From positions 1 through 64,000 of IMG/VR virus record IMGVR_UViG_3300036790_000408: DNA of 64,000 nucleotides; one strand, 5' to 3'. Shown here one piece after another: positions 1 through 9,169 of the stretch; positions within the stretch are counted from its first letter, which is position 1; the number at the start of each line of letters is the position of its first letter. The position numbers and the translations under genes are program-made. The notes under the pieces are model-generated. The model ran no database searches, was not told where the DNA came from, and was given only the letters and a program-made list of their open reading frames with translations. The DNA is from a virus.

Positions 1-63
1 TGGCGCACATAGTTGTCGATCCGACGCTGCCAGGTCCACGCATGGACCTGGCATGCTCCGGTT

Positions 64-261
64 TCATCGTCCATTTATTTTCGCCTCATCTTTGGCCAGT
101 ATGGCCTCTCGCTCATCGGCTAACTGGCGAAGATACTGCGCGGCGCCACGCGCCCATCCAAGCTCCTTGGTGCCGGTCGTCATCCTGTCGCCGGCGTCGT
201 CTATCCAGGCCGCGGCATCACGCAGTCCATCGATGTGGCCTTTGCGCCGCTCAACGTCCAT
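64..261 (-). CDS. hypothetical early protein
   Basis: Overlaps the stop of the upstream 251..679 gene in the same co-oriented early cluster. Confidence 0.5.
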   Translation of the reverse strand: MDVERRKGHIDGLRDAAAWIDDAGDRMTTGTKELGWARGAAQYLRQLADEREAILAKDEAKINGR

Positions 262-679
262 CAGGAACCTCTCTCAGGTTCTCCTGCGCCCACCATCGCA
301 TCCGTCGCCACCGACCTTCCGGCGTCTCCGTCACCCAGTACGCCGGACCTTCATCGTTCTCGTATTCGATCTCGGCGATCATGCACCGAGCGACGCCGAA
401 CACGTCGCTTAGGGTCTTATGGTCGTCGGGATCGAGGCCGTCCGTAGCTACTCCACGCTTCAACGCTACGGCGCCCAGGGCGCACGCGTAGCCATCCGAA
501 CTCATAAGCTGCCCATCGCCCAGCACCTTCTCTGGCAAGGCGTCCAGCGCCTCGACCAGTTCACGCAGGAAGGCTTGGCCGCGCTTGCCGCTTAGAGCGT
601 TCCCCACCCTGGTGCGGTAGAATTCCAAGGCGTTGGGGAACGACTCATCGTCATCCTCAGTATAGCCTGATCGGCTCAT
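251..679 (-). CDS. conserved phage hypothetical protein (MSRSGY-x-DD family)
   Basis: N-terminus MSRSGYTEDD and GKRGQAFLRELVEALDALPEK resemble a widespread phage family; AGGAATGA RBS-like sequence upstream. Confidence 0.75.
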   Translation of the reverse strand: MSRSGYTEDDDESFPNALEFYRTRVGNALSGKRGQAFLRELVEALDALPEKVLGDGQLMSSDGYACALGAVALKRGVATDGLDPDDHKTLSDVFGVARCMIAEIEYENDEGPAYWVTETPEGRWRRMRWWAQENLREVPDGR

Positions 680-737
680 CGTTCATTCCTTCTCAATCGG
701 ACGCAATGGAGTTGTTCGGCACTCGGCAGATGTGGCG

Positions 738-1067
738 TTAGGAGAACACCACCAGGATGGCGCCGGCGACGAACAACGTGGTCGCGATGTACTGGACTGG
801 CCGCCAGTAGAGGGCGGCCAGAAAGCACTCGATGGCAATCCATGTTCCGACGATATAGCCGACGGTATGACCGGTTACCACCTCGTGCCACGACATCGCC
901 GGCAACGGGCCGTCATGTAGAACGATTAGAAACAGGCCACCGACCAACGCCAGAAAGTGGCAGAACAGGGTCGTCGCCAGCTTGGCGAACGATATCACGT
1001 ACCAAAGCACGTTCCAGACGCGCACCCACGTCGCACGGTCAACCGCCCCGATCGTTGTCAGTTTCAT
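738..1067 (-). CDS. small integral membrane protein
   Basis: Start MKLTT after a GGGAGG RBS; 3-4 hydrophobic segments. Confidence 0.65.
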   Translation of the reverse strand: MKLTTIGAVDRATWVRVWNVLWYVISFAKLATTLFCHFLALVGGLFLIVLHDGPLPAMSWHEVVTGHTVGYIVGTWIAIECFLAALYWRPVQYIATTLFVAGAILVVFS

Positions 1068-1119
1068 CTCTTCCTCCCTATCTTGTGTTTCACGCAGTCC
1101 ATTAACTGTGGCCATCAGG

Positions 1120-1446
1120 TTATCCTCCGTTTATCGCTTTTATTTCGAGATCAGCGAGAATGTTTATGGATGACAGTAAGACGTTCAGATCAGGCTCCGA
1201 CATATCGACGTCACGGATGATCTTCGCCAACCATCGCCGCGCGGAGGCTGTATTCTGCGCCGCAACGGGACGTCCACGAAGCATTAGCGGCTTGTCGCTC
1301 ATCGTTGGTGCCCCACACACAGTCATTGTGCTCGTATCCATGCTCAAGGAGCGCGTCTGATAGCATCTCTTGCACAAGCATTCGCCGGGACTGAGTTCGA
1401 TCTCGTCGTCTTCGACGCTGCCACACCATCGACACGTGAGGTTCAT
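1120..1446 (-). CDS. hypothetical protein with N-terminal Cys motifs (CxxC...CxCxxC); second in-frame start at 1302
   Basis: GGAGG/GGAGCACCAACG upstream of ATG 1446; the same motif precedes the in-frame ATG at 1302. Confidence 0.6.
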   Translation of the reverse strand: MNLTCRWCGSVEDDEIELSPGECLCKRCYQTRSLSMDTSTMTVCGAPTMSDKPLMLRGRPVAAQNTASARRWLAKIIRDVDMSEPDLNVLLSSINILADLEIKAINGG

Positions 1447-1464
1447 CGTTGGTGCTCCTCCTCT

Positions 1465-1836
1465 CTACCAGCCAGCACGGACACGCTTGATCACCTCTCC
1501 CATCTTGCGGCGCTGCTCCGTGATAGCCGCTTCTGGCCATTGATGCTTCAAAACGCGCCAACCGTGATCGCCGTCGCCATGCCAGATAAGGAGACACTCC
1601 TCAGTTTGGTCGTAGGCTGTTGTGCGCTCCAGCGCATCGAACCTGCACCATGTATCAAGCATCTGCTTGGCCTCGACCCACCTGCCGGATAGTAGCTTGC
1701 CTATGATGTAGGCAATGGACTTGTCCAGTTTGGGCACCCGCATTTCGAAATCGTTCGGCCCGCGCACGCACCAAGCGCCGGGACCGCTGTCATGGTGACG
1801 AGCATAGAAATATGGATCATCCGGCTTATCGCTCAT
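1465..1836 (-). CDS. hypothetical early protein
   Basis: GGAGAGG RBS; ATGA overlap with upstream gene; starts MSDKP. Confidence 0.65.
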   Translation of the reverse strand: MSDKPDDPYFYARHHDSGPGAWCVRGPNDFEMRVPKLDKSIAYIIGKLLSGRWVEAKQMLDTWCRFDALERTTAYDQTEECLLIWHGDGDHGWRVLKHQWPEAAITEQRRKMGEVIKRVRAGW

Positions 1837-2105
1837 TGTTGAACCTCTCCAATTTGGCACTTGTCAGCCCGCTTGCGGAACTCGTAGATGGCGCTCTCTA
1901 ACGCTGACCAGTATTCCGAGTCAGGCGTCTCGCCAGCCTCCCATGCGCGATTTTGCTCGGCCATGAACTGCTCCGCCGCAGTCGCGAGATACCGTCCGAA
2001 CTCTATGGCTCGATCTTTAGTGTCGCGCTCTCCCTTGAGCTTTGCGGTCTGAATAGTGTTAAGGCGGCGAAGCAACATCGTTCCAATAGGAGGTTTATCA
2101 CTCAT
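1833..2105 (-). CDS. hypothetical early protein
   Basis: ATGA-coupled to dCMP deaminase; starts MSDKP. Confidence 0.65.
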   Translation of the reverse strand: MSDKPPIGTMLLRRLNTIQTAKLKGERDTKDRAIEFGRYLATAAEQFMAEQNRAWEAGETPDSEYWSALESAIYEFRKRADKCQIGEVQQ

Positions 2106-2575
2106 CGTTGGTGCTCCCGATAGACAACGCCGGCTTCAATCAGTAGTCCTCCGGCATAAGCCAAGTCCTCAGCCCACGTCGAGAAACCGGACTTGAGTGG
2201 AAGCGACACAACCTCAACAATACCAACTTGGATCACGTCCAGGCTACACCGAGTGCACGGCGCGCCACCCCATACGTCGCCGCTATCATCTGTGGCCGCG
2301 AGGTAAAGAGTGCACCCCTTCATGGGCACACCGATGCGCGCTGCGTTCAGGATGGCGTTGACTTCCGCATGCACGACAAGGCGCAGTTTTTCCGGCTTAG
2401 TATGCAGCCTGATGTGCGTATCGGCTATGCCGCGCGGGAAGCCATTGAAGCCCGTCGACCTAACCTCACGATCTGGTCCAACGATCACCGAACCGACGCG
2501 AGTGCGCGGATCTTTAGACATGCCCGCGCACAGCAGCGCCATCTCGATAAAGTGGCTGTCCCACCTATCGCTCAT
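2102..2575 (-). CDS. dCMP deaminase (cytidine/deoxycytidylate deaminase family)
   Basis: SKDPRTRVGSVIV, GFNGFPRG, HAEVNAILNA and PCTRC zinc-binding motifs. Confidence 0.95.
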   Translation of the reverse strand: MSDRWDSHFIEMALLCAGMSKDPRTRVGSVIVGPDREVRSTGFNGFPRGIADTHIRLHTKPEKLRLVVHAEVNAILNAARIGVPMKGCTLYLAATDDSGDVWGGAPCTRCSLDVIQVGIVEVVSLPLKSGFSTWAEDLAYAGGLLIEAGVVYREHQR

Positions 2576-2807
2576 CGTTGGTGCTCCCTCGCCAATCCGC
2601 GCAGTTGTGTTCTTCCAGGCGCCGAACTTCCGCCATATCCTCTTCGACACCTCTGGCGTAACTCTCAGCGACGTTAAAGTGAATGCGAGCCTGCTGAGAG
2701 CCGGTCACAATCCGCCTCTTGAGCGCCCGAATTCGGAAGCTCGGTGACTTGCCTGCGGCGAGAGGCGGTTCGGCGGTTTCGTTATCACGTTCCTTTGGTG
2801 ACATCAT
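2565..2807 (-). CDS. hypothetical early protein
   Basis: ATGA-coupled to the upstream gene; fills the gap in the operon. Confidence 0.5.
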   Translation of the reverse strand: MMSPKERDNETAEPPLAAGKSPSFRIRALKRRIVTGSQQARIHFNVAESYARGVEEDMAEVRRLEEHNCADWRGSTNDER

Positions 2808-3280
2808 GGTCTCCACACAAAGTCACCTTTGTCCTCGACGATAGCCGGCTCTTCTGCCTTGCACTCGCATTCCAACCCGACAAACCTGTCAGCGACAGGA
2901 CGCCAGAAATTCCTCACGACCCCATAGGGGACGTGGTTGTCCTCTTCCGCCCCATCCAATCCGAATTGCTTCAGCACGAACCGTGCTGCGTCCGAGGTGC
3001 AACGCTGTGGCCCCGCCGGCGTCTGGCGGCTCACCGAGATATGGTATTCTGGTCCTTTATCAATTTCACCGTCATCGACCACCTCGACCGCGCTGATTAC
3101 GGAGAGACTGCGCTCTGCATGAAAGTAGCCGCGCCCCACCCCTCCCATTGATAACACGGGTCTTGGAACCCGGAATTCGCGCCACCCACCAAAGCGTGGC
3201 CGAAGAGCTGCGATAATACTTCTGTGGCCATCTGCGAAGAAGTCTGTGGCCTCGGCGGTCTCTGGACGCTCGGTGCTCAT
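2804..3280 (-). CDS. conserved phage hypothetical protein
   Basis: Protein-like composition (EYHISVSR, EEDNHVP, RNFWRP); ATGA coupling on both sides. Confidence 0.7.
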   Translation of the reverse strand: MSTERPETAEATDFFADGHRSIIAALRPRFGGWREFRVPRPVLSMGGVGRGYFHAERSLSVISAVEVVDDGEIDKGPEYHISVSRQTPAGPQRCTSDAARFVLKQFGLDGAEEDNHVPYGVVRNFWRPVADRFVGLECECKAEEPAIVEDKGDFVWRP

Positions 3281-3621
3281 GACATTGGCTCCGTTTCAAC
3301 CGTGATGAAGCATGTCCCGTCACACTCAGGACACGGACCATAATCGACTTCCTCATATGGATTGATCGCGCTGGCCCGAAGGATACGACCCTCACGCTGG
3401 CACGCTTCGCACGGGACGCGGATAGTTCGTCCGACAGGGCAGTCGCACTCACGGCCGGCCATGCCAAAGCCGTTGTGGCTGAGTTCGCAATCGCAGTAGT
3501 TGGCCGTTTGTGTTCCGCTACGGTCAGCCTGCGTGGTCTCAGGGACTTCGCTCTCTCGTGGGGATAAGTGTGCACAGGCCGCCGTAGCGGGTCCGGCGGT
3601 TTCGGTGGTGTCTTTGTTCAT
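3277..3621 (-). CDS. Cys-rich (zinc-finger-like) hypothetical protein
   Basis: CDC...CDCP, CEAC and CPECDGTC motifs; ATGA coupling. Confidence 0.55.
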   Translation of the reverse strand: MNKDTTETAGPATAACAHLSPRESEVPETTQADRSGTQTANYCDCELSHNGFGMAGRECDCPVGRTIRVPCEACQREGRILRASAINPYEEVDYGPCPECDGTCFITVETEPMS

Positions 3622-3824
3622 GACATTACCACAATCGCGCAATCCGGTTTCTCGGAGAGAGTTAGGGTTGTGCCATGTGGCACGATTACGATCTGGTCCG
3701 ACTGATGACTGCTCGCCGGCCACACGATGGCATACCGATCACCGTTCGGATGCGAAGATAACTGGACCAAGTGCGCCATGGCGACGGTCCTTTGGATCAG
3801 GTTCGTCGGCAGTTTCGGATTCAC
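3618..3824 (-). CDS. hypothetical protein
   Basis: ATGA overlaps at both ends. Confidence 0.45.
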   Translation of the reverse strand: MNPKLPTNLIQRTVAMAHLVQLSSHPNGDRYAIVWPASSHQSDQIVIVPHGTTLTLSEKPDCAIVVMS

Positions 3825-4288
3825 TCGGCATACGTTTCACTCCACCCGAGATTTGCTAGAGCGCTCCAGGTCCATTGATCCAATGGTCCGTCACTCGGGC
3901 GACGCTGCTTCTCTTTCCAAATCGCGCTTGCCTTCCAGACCCGGTGAGCTTCAGGGCAACCGCTCGACCCGTATGGCGCTAGATTGGACAGGCAAATTGC
4001 TGCGCATTGACCCGCCCCCATAGACTGACATGCTGCTTTCTGTAGTGCGGTAGCCTCGGGATGCGGGAGCCACTCGTCGGCGATTTCTGGATTGCTACTC
4101 ATTGGTGACACCCTTCGGTTCCAGCCAGTGATAGCAGCCTCGCGCCCTTCTTCACTATACTCGCCGCGGCAAGCGGAGCACTCCACAACCCAATGATCAT
4201 TGGGTCCACCATGCTCAAACACGCCGCCGGCCACCTCCCCACAAAACGGACAAGGCTTGAGATCGGCGGTCTTTGATTCATCCGGCAT
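3821..4288 (-). CDS. lar: Lar family restriction-alleviation domain fused to an unknown C-terminal module
   Basis: LKPCPFCG...VECSAC...AITGWNRR signature. Confidence 0.8.
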   Translation of the reverse strand: MPDESKTADLKPCPFCGEVAGGVFEHGGPNDHWVVECSACRGEYSEEGREAAITGWNRRVSPMSSNPEIADEWLPHPEATALQKAACQSMGAGQCAAICLSNLAPYGSSGCPEAHRVWKASAIWKEKQRRPSDGPLDQWTWSALANLGWSETYAE

Positions 4289-4463
4289 CGATGACATCCT
4301 TGATCGAGCGCCGCAGCAATTCCAGTTCGGAGATTGCGCTCATCTGAAAATAGCAACCGGGGTGGCAGGGGTTCGGGCTGCGCGGTATGCCACGGCATGT
4401 GCCATAGACGCAGTGAAGCCCGTCCTTGGTTGCGGCGGTTTGTGTTTGGCGTTCGTTCACCAT
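4278..4463 (-). CDS. hypothetical protein
   Basis: GGAGGG RBS; overlaps neighbouring genes; HCxxxxC...CHPGC. Confidence 0.5.
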   Translation of the reverse strand: MVNERQTQTAATKDGLHCVYGTCRGIPRSPNPCHPGCYFQMSAISELELLRRSIKDVIDAG

Positions 4464-4681
4464 TCCCTCCCTTCCAGCACGGCCTCTAGCTGGTCGTATT
4501 CGGCTATGTGCTGTCTCGGAGAACCTGAGAACTCGCAAGTGTATCCATGGTAGCCGTCAACGGCTTGAACTGCCGCCCACCTTGCATCGTCACCTTCCGC
4601 CATTCTTTTGCGAGCATATAGGATCAAGCCGATGGCATCCTTCTCGGGGATTGTCCCGATGGCCTCGGCGGTTTCAGTCAT
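4457..4681 (-). CDS. hypothetical protein
   Basis: AGGAG RBS upstream; part of a tightly packed operon. Confidence 0.55.
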   Translation of the reverse strand: MTETAEAIGTIPEKDAIGLILYARKRMAEGDDARWAAVQAVDGYHGYTCEFSGSPRQHIAEYDQLEAVLEGREW

Positions 4682-5414
4682 GGCGTTGCTCCTGACAAGC
4701 GGTGCGAGCGATTGCGATCAGAACGTCTCTGAACCCAGGCGGCGTTGCGTTCCGTATTTCGGTTTTTCGTTTTCCGCCAACCATCGCCATCATTCCGATG
4801 CGTCGCGCTTTCTCGTAACCGTAGCGTTCCAGCGCGATAGGATGCAGCCGCTGTTCGCACGGCCCCCAGATCAAATCCGGCAAGGTTACATGACAAGCGT
4901 AGAGCCAGGTCCGCTTGCCGGCCATATGGCCGTAGTGCCCTTGAGACACGCAACATGACCAGCCGAAAACCCCTGACGGCACCCAGCCCCCTGAGCGCGG
5001 CGGTGCGCCAAGCCTGAACACTTCCCAGGCATGGCTATCTGCCGGATGCTCCAAAACGCCGCCGAAACATTGAACTGCACCAAGGGCAGCAGCAAAGCAG
5101 CCGGCATCATCGCCAAGCTTGAACTGATGCGGTTTGCGCGTGCTGCCATGCCAGAAGCGCCCCCAGCGTTGGCAGGGAGGATGCGCTACGACAGGGTGCG
5201 GACCTGCGTAGGATCGCGCGTCGCGACTGAGAGGCCACGGATCAACGCCAGACAAACCCGAGTAGCATCCACCATCTTCGACGCACATGCCTCGATCCGG
5301 ACATCCGCCAGTGGCATCACATGGGCGCATCCATCGGACTGAACACTGTAGTGCAGTGGCCTCAGGAGGCTTGGGCTTAGGATCTGGCAATTGCGAACTC
5401 CATCGCGAACCCAT
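4674..5414 (-). CDS. compact DNA cytosine-C5 methyltransferase-like protein (start uncertain)
   Basis: DARSYAGPHPVVAHPPCQRWG (motif IV PPC), GGVLEHP (motif VI) and QGHYGHMAGKRTWLY (motif VIII-like). Confidence 0.7.
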   Translation of the reverse strand: MGSRWSSQLPDPKPKPPEATALQCSVRWMRPCDATGGCPDRGMCVEDGGCYSGLSGVDPWPLSRDARSYAGPHPVVAHPPCQRWGRFWHGSTRKPHQFKLGDDAGCFAAALGAVQCFGGVLEHPADSHAWEVFRLGAPPRSGGWVPSGVFGWSCCVSQGHYGHMAGKRTWLYACHVTLPDLIWGPCEQRLHPIALERYGYEKARRIGMMAMVGGKRKTEIRNATPPGFRDVLIAIARTACQEQRHD

Positions 5415-5637
5415 CGATCATCGCCATAATGCCTCGACGCATCTCCGCGGCAATATCCGGACCGTCGATGGATTGCCCAAGGATCATAGCGCAGGCCACG
5501 ATAACGTCTGCCTGATTGGCTGTCCGTGCGTGTGTCGTGAGGTTAATTGACGAGACGACGCTCTTCACGCCATCGGCGGTGGAACTACGACGAATAACCT
5601 CTGCCCACATCTGGTCGTCGGTCGATTGGTCAGTCAT
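5377..5637 (-). CDS. hypothetical protein
   Basis: AGGAG RBS before MTDQST. Confidence 0.55.
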   Translation of the reverse strand: MTDQSTDDQMWAEVIRRSSTADGVKSVVSSINLTTHARTANQADVIVACAMILGQSIDGPDIAAEMRRGIMAMIDGFAMEFAIARS

Positions 5638-5907
5638 CCCGCTTCTCCTGCGCTTTAAGCCATCCGTTTGCCACCAGCCAATCAGCCACGATCCTGCGCA
5701 CAAGAGAACTCACCGACCTATCGTCGGCGGCGGCTGCGGCTCGCAATCCGTTGAGCATCGGTGGATTGGCGCGAATGCCAAGGTGGCTTGTTTTATCATC
5801 TTCCATAAAGGCGACATTATCCTGAAGCGTTTCACGCTGTCAAATTTTTATTGACCGTCCCACGTCAATTGCCATACGGTGCTCGACCACACCAAAGGGG
5901 TGACGAT

Positions 5908-6183
5908 ATGCTCTGGCAGACGCAAGGAGGCGGGATGATCGACGTAGTCGACATGTCTGACGTGCATCTCGCAAACTCAATTGCCTACATGAGGCGCCGC
6001 ATTGCCACCATGCATAAAGATGAAAACAGCATGTGGGGCGGCTACAGCTTTCTCCAGGGAGAGCAGGCACAGTATGCCGCGGAGCAATACTTGGATCAAG
6101 TAGCGGAAGACATCAGCGATGCTGAATACTGCCTGCGCGGCTTGGAGGCCGAGAAAAACAGACGGTCGAGAGGTCAAGTATGA
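5908..6183 (+). CDS. hypothetical protein
   Basis: AGGGG RBS; first gene of a short plus-strand cluster with ATGA coupling. Confidence 0.6.
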   Translation: MLWQTQGGGMIDVVDMSDVHLANSIAYMRRRIATMHKDENSMWGGYSFLQGEQAQYAAEQYLDQVAEDISDAEYCLRGLEAEKNRRSRGQV

Positions 6184-6383
6184 TGATAGTCGCAAAACGC
6201 CACGACTCAGATTGCTTCAGGCTATTGGAGGATGGGGTAATCGTGGGGTTTGCGCTCAGACTTACCAACGGTAAGTGGGTGATGACTGATACCAAAGATC
6301 GCCACATGGACTCTATCCACTATGAAAGTCCGAATGAGGTGGCGAAATGCTTCTCAACCGTTCGGCTGTTGGTGACAAAATGA
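6180..6383 (+). CDS. hypothetical protein
   Basis: ATGA overlap with the upstream gene. Confidence 0.55.
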   Translation: MMIVAKRHDSDCFRLLEDGVIVGFALRLTNGKWVMTDTKDRHMDSIHYESPNEVAKCFSTVRLLVTK

Positions 6384-6426
6384 TCCGCAAACAGTCGGTC
6401 CTGTCATCCTGATGAAGGGAAGTGAA

Positions 6427-6609
6427 ATGTCACGCAATACCGAACCAGTCGAGATCGCCGGCGAAATCCGCCACGAGACGGATGCCGCCTATCTCTTCTT
6501 CGATGGCGACAAGGAGGTGTGGCTGCCGAAGGCCCATTGCGAATGGGATCCAGACGCCAGGACGATGGCCGTGGAAGAGTGGCTTGCTATGGATAGGGGC
6601 TTGATATGA
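6427..6609 (+). CDS. small conserved phage protein
   Basis: HETDAAYLFFDGDKEVWLPK...EEWLA pattern typical of a common phage family; AGGGAAG RBS. Confidence 0.7.
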   Translation: MSRNTEPVEIAGEIRHETDAAYLFFDGDKEVWLPKAHCEWDPDARTMAVEEWLAMDRGLI

Positions 6610-6830
6610 CGGAGTTTGCCGGTTGGGGCATCCCCAGGGACCATGAGGCCATCAGATGCCCAAAGTGTCGAGTCGGTTACGCGGAGCGCGTTTCTTCGAA
6701 TATGGAGGAACGCAAACTCTACACTTGCGGCAGAGAAAGCGAAATCCTCGAATGCTGCGCTAGAGCCTTTGTCTGCGCGGCGTGCGGCACGCGGAGCGCC
6801 GGTAAGGCCGCGGCACCGGAAATGGACTAG
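6606..6830 (+). CDS. zinc-finger hypothetical protein
   Basis: CPKC and CAAC plus additional Cys residues; ATGA coupling. Confidence 0.6.
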   Translation: MTEFAGWGIPRDHEAIRCPKCRVGYAERVSSNMEERKLYTCGRESEILECCARAFVCAACGTRSAGKAAAPEMD

Positions 6831-7381
6831 CTCCGCCTCGATGCTGGGGTTTTTCGGCCGGCTATGGTGTCGACCTGGAAATTGAAGAGGGTGATTAAGT
6901 CGTCGCGGAGCGGGCGCGAGCCTGGTGGGCGACGATCCCGATCCAGCGCCAGAGCGATGGCGGCAAGCATTTCCTCGAACTCAAGCAGACGCATGATCCA
7001 CAGCGGGAAATGCCCTGCCGGCTTTCTGGTATGATACATGACGGTGGAGCGAGCCAGGCCAGTCCGATTGGCAAACTCGGAGAGAGTGCAACCCAATTTC
7101 TGGACCCGTTCGGCGAACTCCTGACCACTGGCGTCGCAGGTTTGTCGGTTAACGTAAACAATCGTTCCAGCAGAAGATGGCACCACCCTCTGACCGCCAT
7201 CTACGCGAAGCTTCTTCGGCGCGGGAACCGCTGGCGGTGGCAATTCCCACACCTCGATCGGCTTCACATTTACCGGCTTGAGCGTCCGCTTGCGCGTGCT
7301 GTGCCCTTGTGGCTGGAGCCTGAACGTGGACGGCCCCACCCCCGAGTTCTGAGGCTTATCTGTCACTATCTCGCACTCCAT
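6827..7381 (-). CDS. HTH DNA-binding protein
   Basis: LGCTLSEFANRTGLARSTVMYH helix-turn-helix. Confidence 0.6.
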   Translation of the reverse strand: MECEIVTDKPQNSGVGPSTFRLQPQGHSTRKRTLKPVNVKPIEVWELPPPAVPAPKKLRVDGGQRVVPSSAGTIVYVNRQTCDASGQEFAERVQKLGCTLSEFANRTGLARSTVMYHTRKPAGHFPLWIMRLLEFEEMLAAIALALDRDRRPPGSRPLRDDLITLFNFQVDTIAGRKTPASRRS

Positions 7382-7482
7382 ATCGCCTGCAACACAATTA
7401 TACTTGTGCCAGAGTCATAGAACATGCAACGGTCCTTGCTTGTCCGTCGGGCTACAAAGACTTAATCCAAGGAGTTCATAAA

Positions 7483-9111
7483 ATGCCTGAGATATCATCA
7501 CTAAACCTAGGGGAAGTCATCCCATATACTACGAACAATTTACCCTTGTTCTCACCCATGAGCGCGATCCAGATCACCGGCAGCGGCGATCCACTGGTCG
7601 CCACCTTCACCATGGATGGCAACGCCAACGTCGCTAATGGGCCTGGACTAAGCATCATCACAACCCCAGTCCCACCGCTAACTCTCACCAAAGCCGAATA
7701 CACGACGCCTGCCGAGTCCGCAACGGCAGTGCAGGCAGCCCTGCGGCAGATCGAAATCGCGCCACTCCAGCCGGGCGGAGGAACTGATCTCAAGTACGGC
7801 TACCAGGGCGATATCACGATGTACATCACAGTGACCGACGTCGTCACCAACCAAGCGGTCACCGTCGCCATTAACGACATGGAGGATCCGCCACCCTCAG
7901 ATCCCCATACCACGGTCGCGGCCGGACAGAGCTACATCGTACCGCTCGGCATCGATACGGCGGGTGTACAGGTCACTGGCTACGTGACCAATAATGGCAC
8001 GCTGAACAGCGCAACGATCAACTCCGGTGGCGTGCTGAGTAATGCCGGCACCCTGATCGGCACCGTAGTCGGTTCCGGCGGCCTGCTGACCGAGCAATGG
8101 GCATCACTCGATTACGGCACGATCATCGAAGCCGGAGGTCAGGAGCAAATCTATAACGGCGGCGCGGGAGGCGGATCGCATAACGCAGTTATCCATGGCA
8201 CCCAGTCGATCAATGGCGCGTATACCTATAATCCGGAGGTGTACTCCGGCGGTCAATTGCTGGTAAGTGGCGGCAACATCATCGAAACTTACTATAATGC
8301 AGGCCAAAGTTACAGCGCGGTAATCAACAATGGGGGTTTGGAAGTCGTCTCCGGACAGGTCGGCGGCGATGCCGGATACTGGGGCATCGCCAATGGCACC
8401 ATCGTCATGAGTGGCGGCACGCTGCAAGTACACGCCGGAGGCGAGGCGATCAATGCCGCGGTCTACTCGGGCGGCACCATGGACAACGACTCGTTCTCGA
8501 TCGGCGCGTCACTCAATGGCACGATGAACGATAATGCCGGCGGCACGGCGACCGGGACCGCGATTGGTGGTGGCGGCGTCATGGACGTGTGGGGTGGCAG
8601 CGTGGCGCAGGCAACGGCCATCTCTTCGGCTGGCACAGAGGCGGTAGAGGGCGGCGGGAGCTCGACCGGCACCACGATCGGATCCGGAGGCTTCGAAGGC
8701 GTCTGGGGCGACAGCGCGGGCAACATCATCTACGCCGGCGGCAAGGAGGCAGTTTACAACGGCGGCGTCGATAGCGGCACCTGGATCGGCTCGGGAGGGA
8801 TGGAGTTCATCCGCGCCGGAGGTATCGAGAATGGCACCGTGACCTTTGGTGGCGGCAACGGAGCGTTGACCCTGCAAACCGCCGCCAGCGGCTATTGGAG
8901 CGCCGACATCGCCGGCTTTGCCAAAGGCAACTCGATCGATTTCTCGGATATAGGCTTCTCCAAAGGAGAGCAGGACATGTTCTCCGGCGGAGTGCTGTAT
9001 CTGGCGAGCGGCAGCGAGCATGCCGCTCTGCAATTTGCCGGCGGTTACACGACAGCCAGTTTCAAGCTTTCAAGCGATGGTGCTGGCGGGACGCTTGTAA
9101 CCCACACCTGA
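7483..9111 (+). CDS. AIDA-type autotransporter-passenger repeat (beta-helix) protein, moron
   Basis: About 12 repeats such as VYSGGQLLVSGG, INNGGLEVVSG and IGSGGMEFIRAGG; C-terminus SIDFSDIGF...FKLSSDGAGGTLVT; AAGGAG RBS. Confidence 0.85.
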   Translation: MPEISSLNLGEVIPYTTNNLPLFSPMSAIQITGSGDPLVATFTMDGNANVANGPGLSIITTPVPPLTLTKAEYTTPAESATAVQAALRQIEIAPLQPGGGTDLKYGYQGDITMYITVTDVVTNQAVTVAINDMEDPPPSDPHTTVAAGQSYIVPLGIDTAGVQVTGYVTNNGTLNSATINSGGVLSNAGTLIGTVVGSGGLLTEQWASLDYGTIIEAGGQEQIYNGGAGGGSHNAVIHGTQSINGAYTYNPEVYSGGQLLVSGGNIIETYYNAGQSYSAVINNGGLEVVSGQVGGDAGYWGIANGTIVMSGGTLQVHAGGEAINAAVYSGGTMDNDSFSIGASLNGTMNDNAGGTATGTAIGGGGVMDVWGGSVAQATAISSAGTEAVEGGGSSTGTTIGSGGFEGVWGDSAGNIIYAGGKEAVYNGGVDSGTWIGSGGMEFIRAGGIENGTVTFGGGNGALTLQTAASGYWSADIAGFAKGNSIDFSDIGFSKGEQDMFSGGVLYLASGSEHAALQFAGGYTTASFKLSSDGAGGTLVTHT

Positions 9112-9169
9112 ACCTGATACGCATCATCTCGGGCAGGACGCTAATCCTTTCTTCCGTGTGTGAGGGGCT

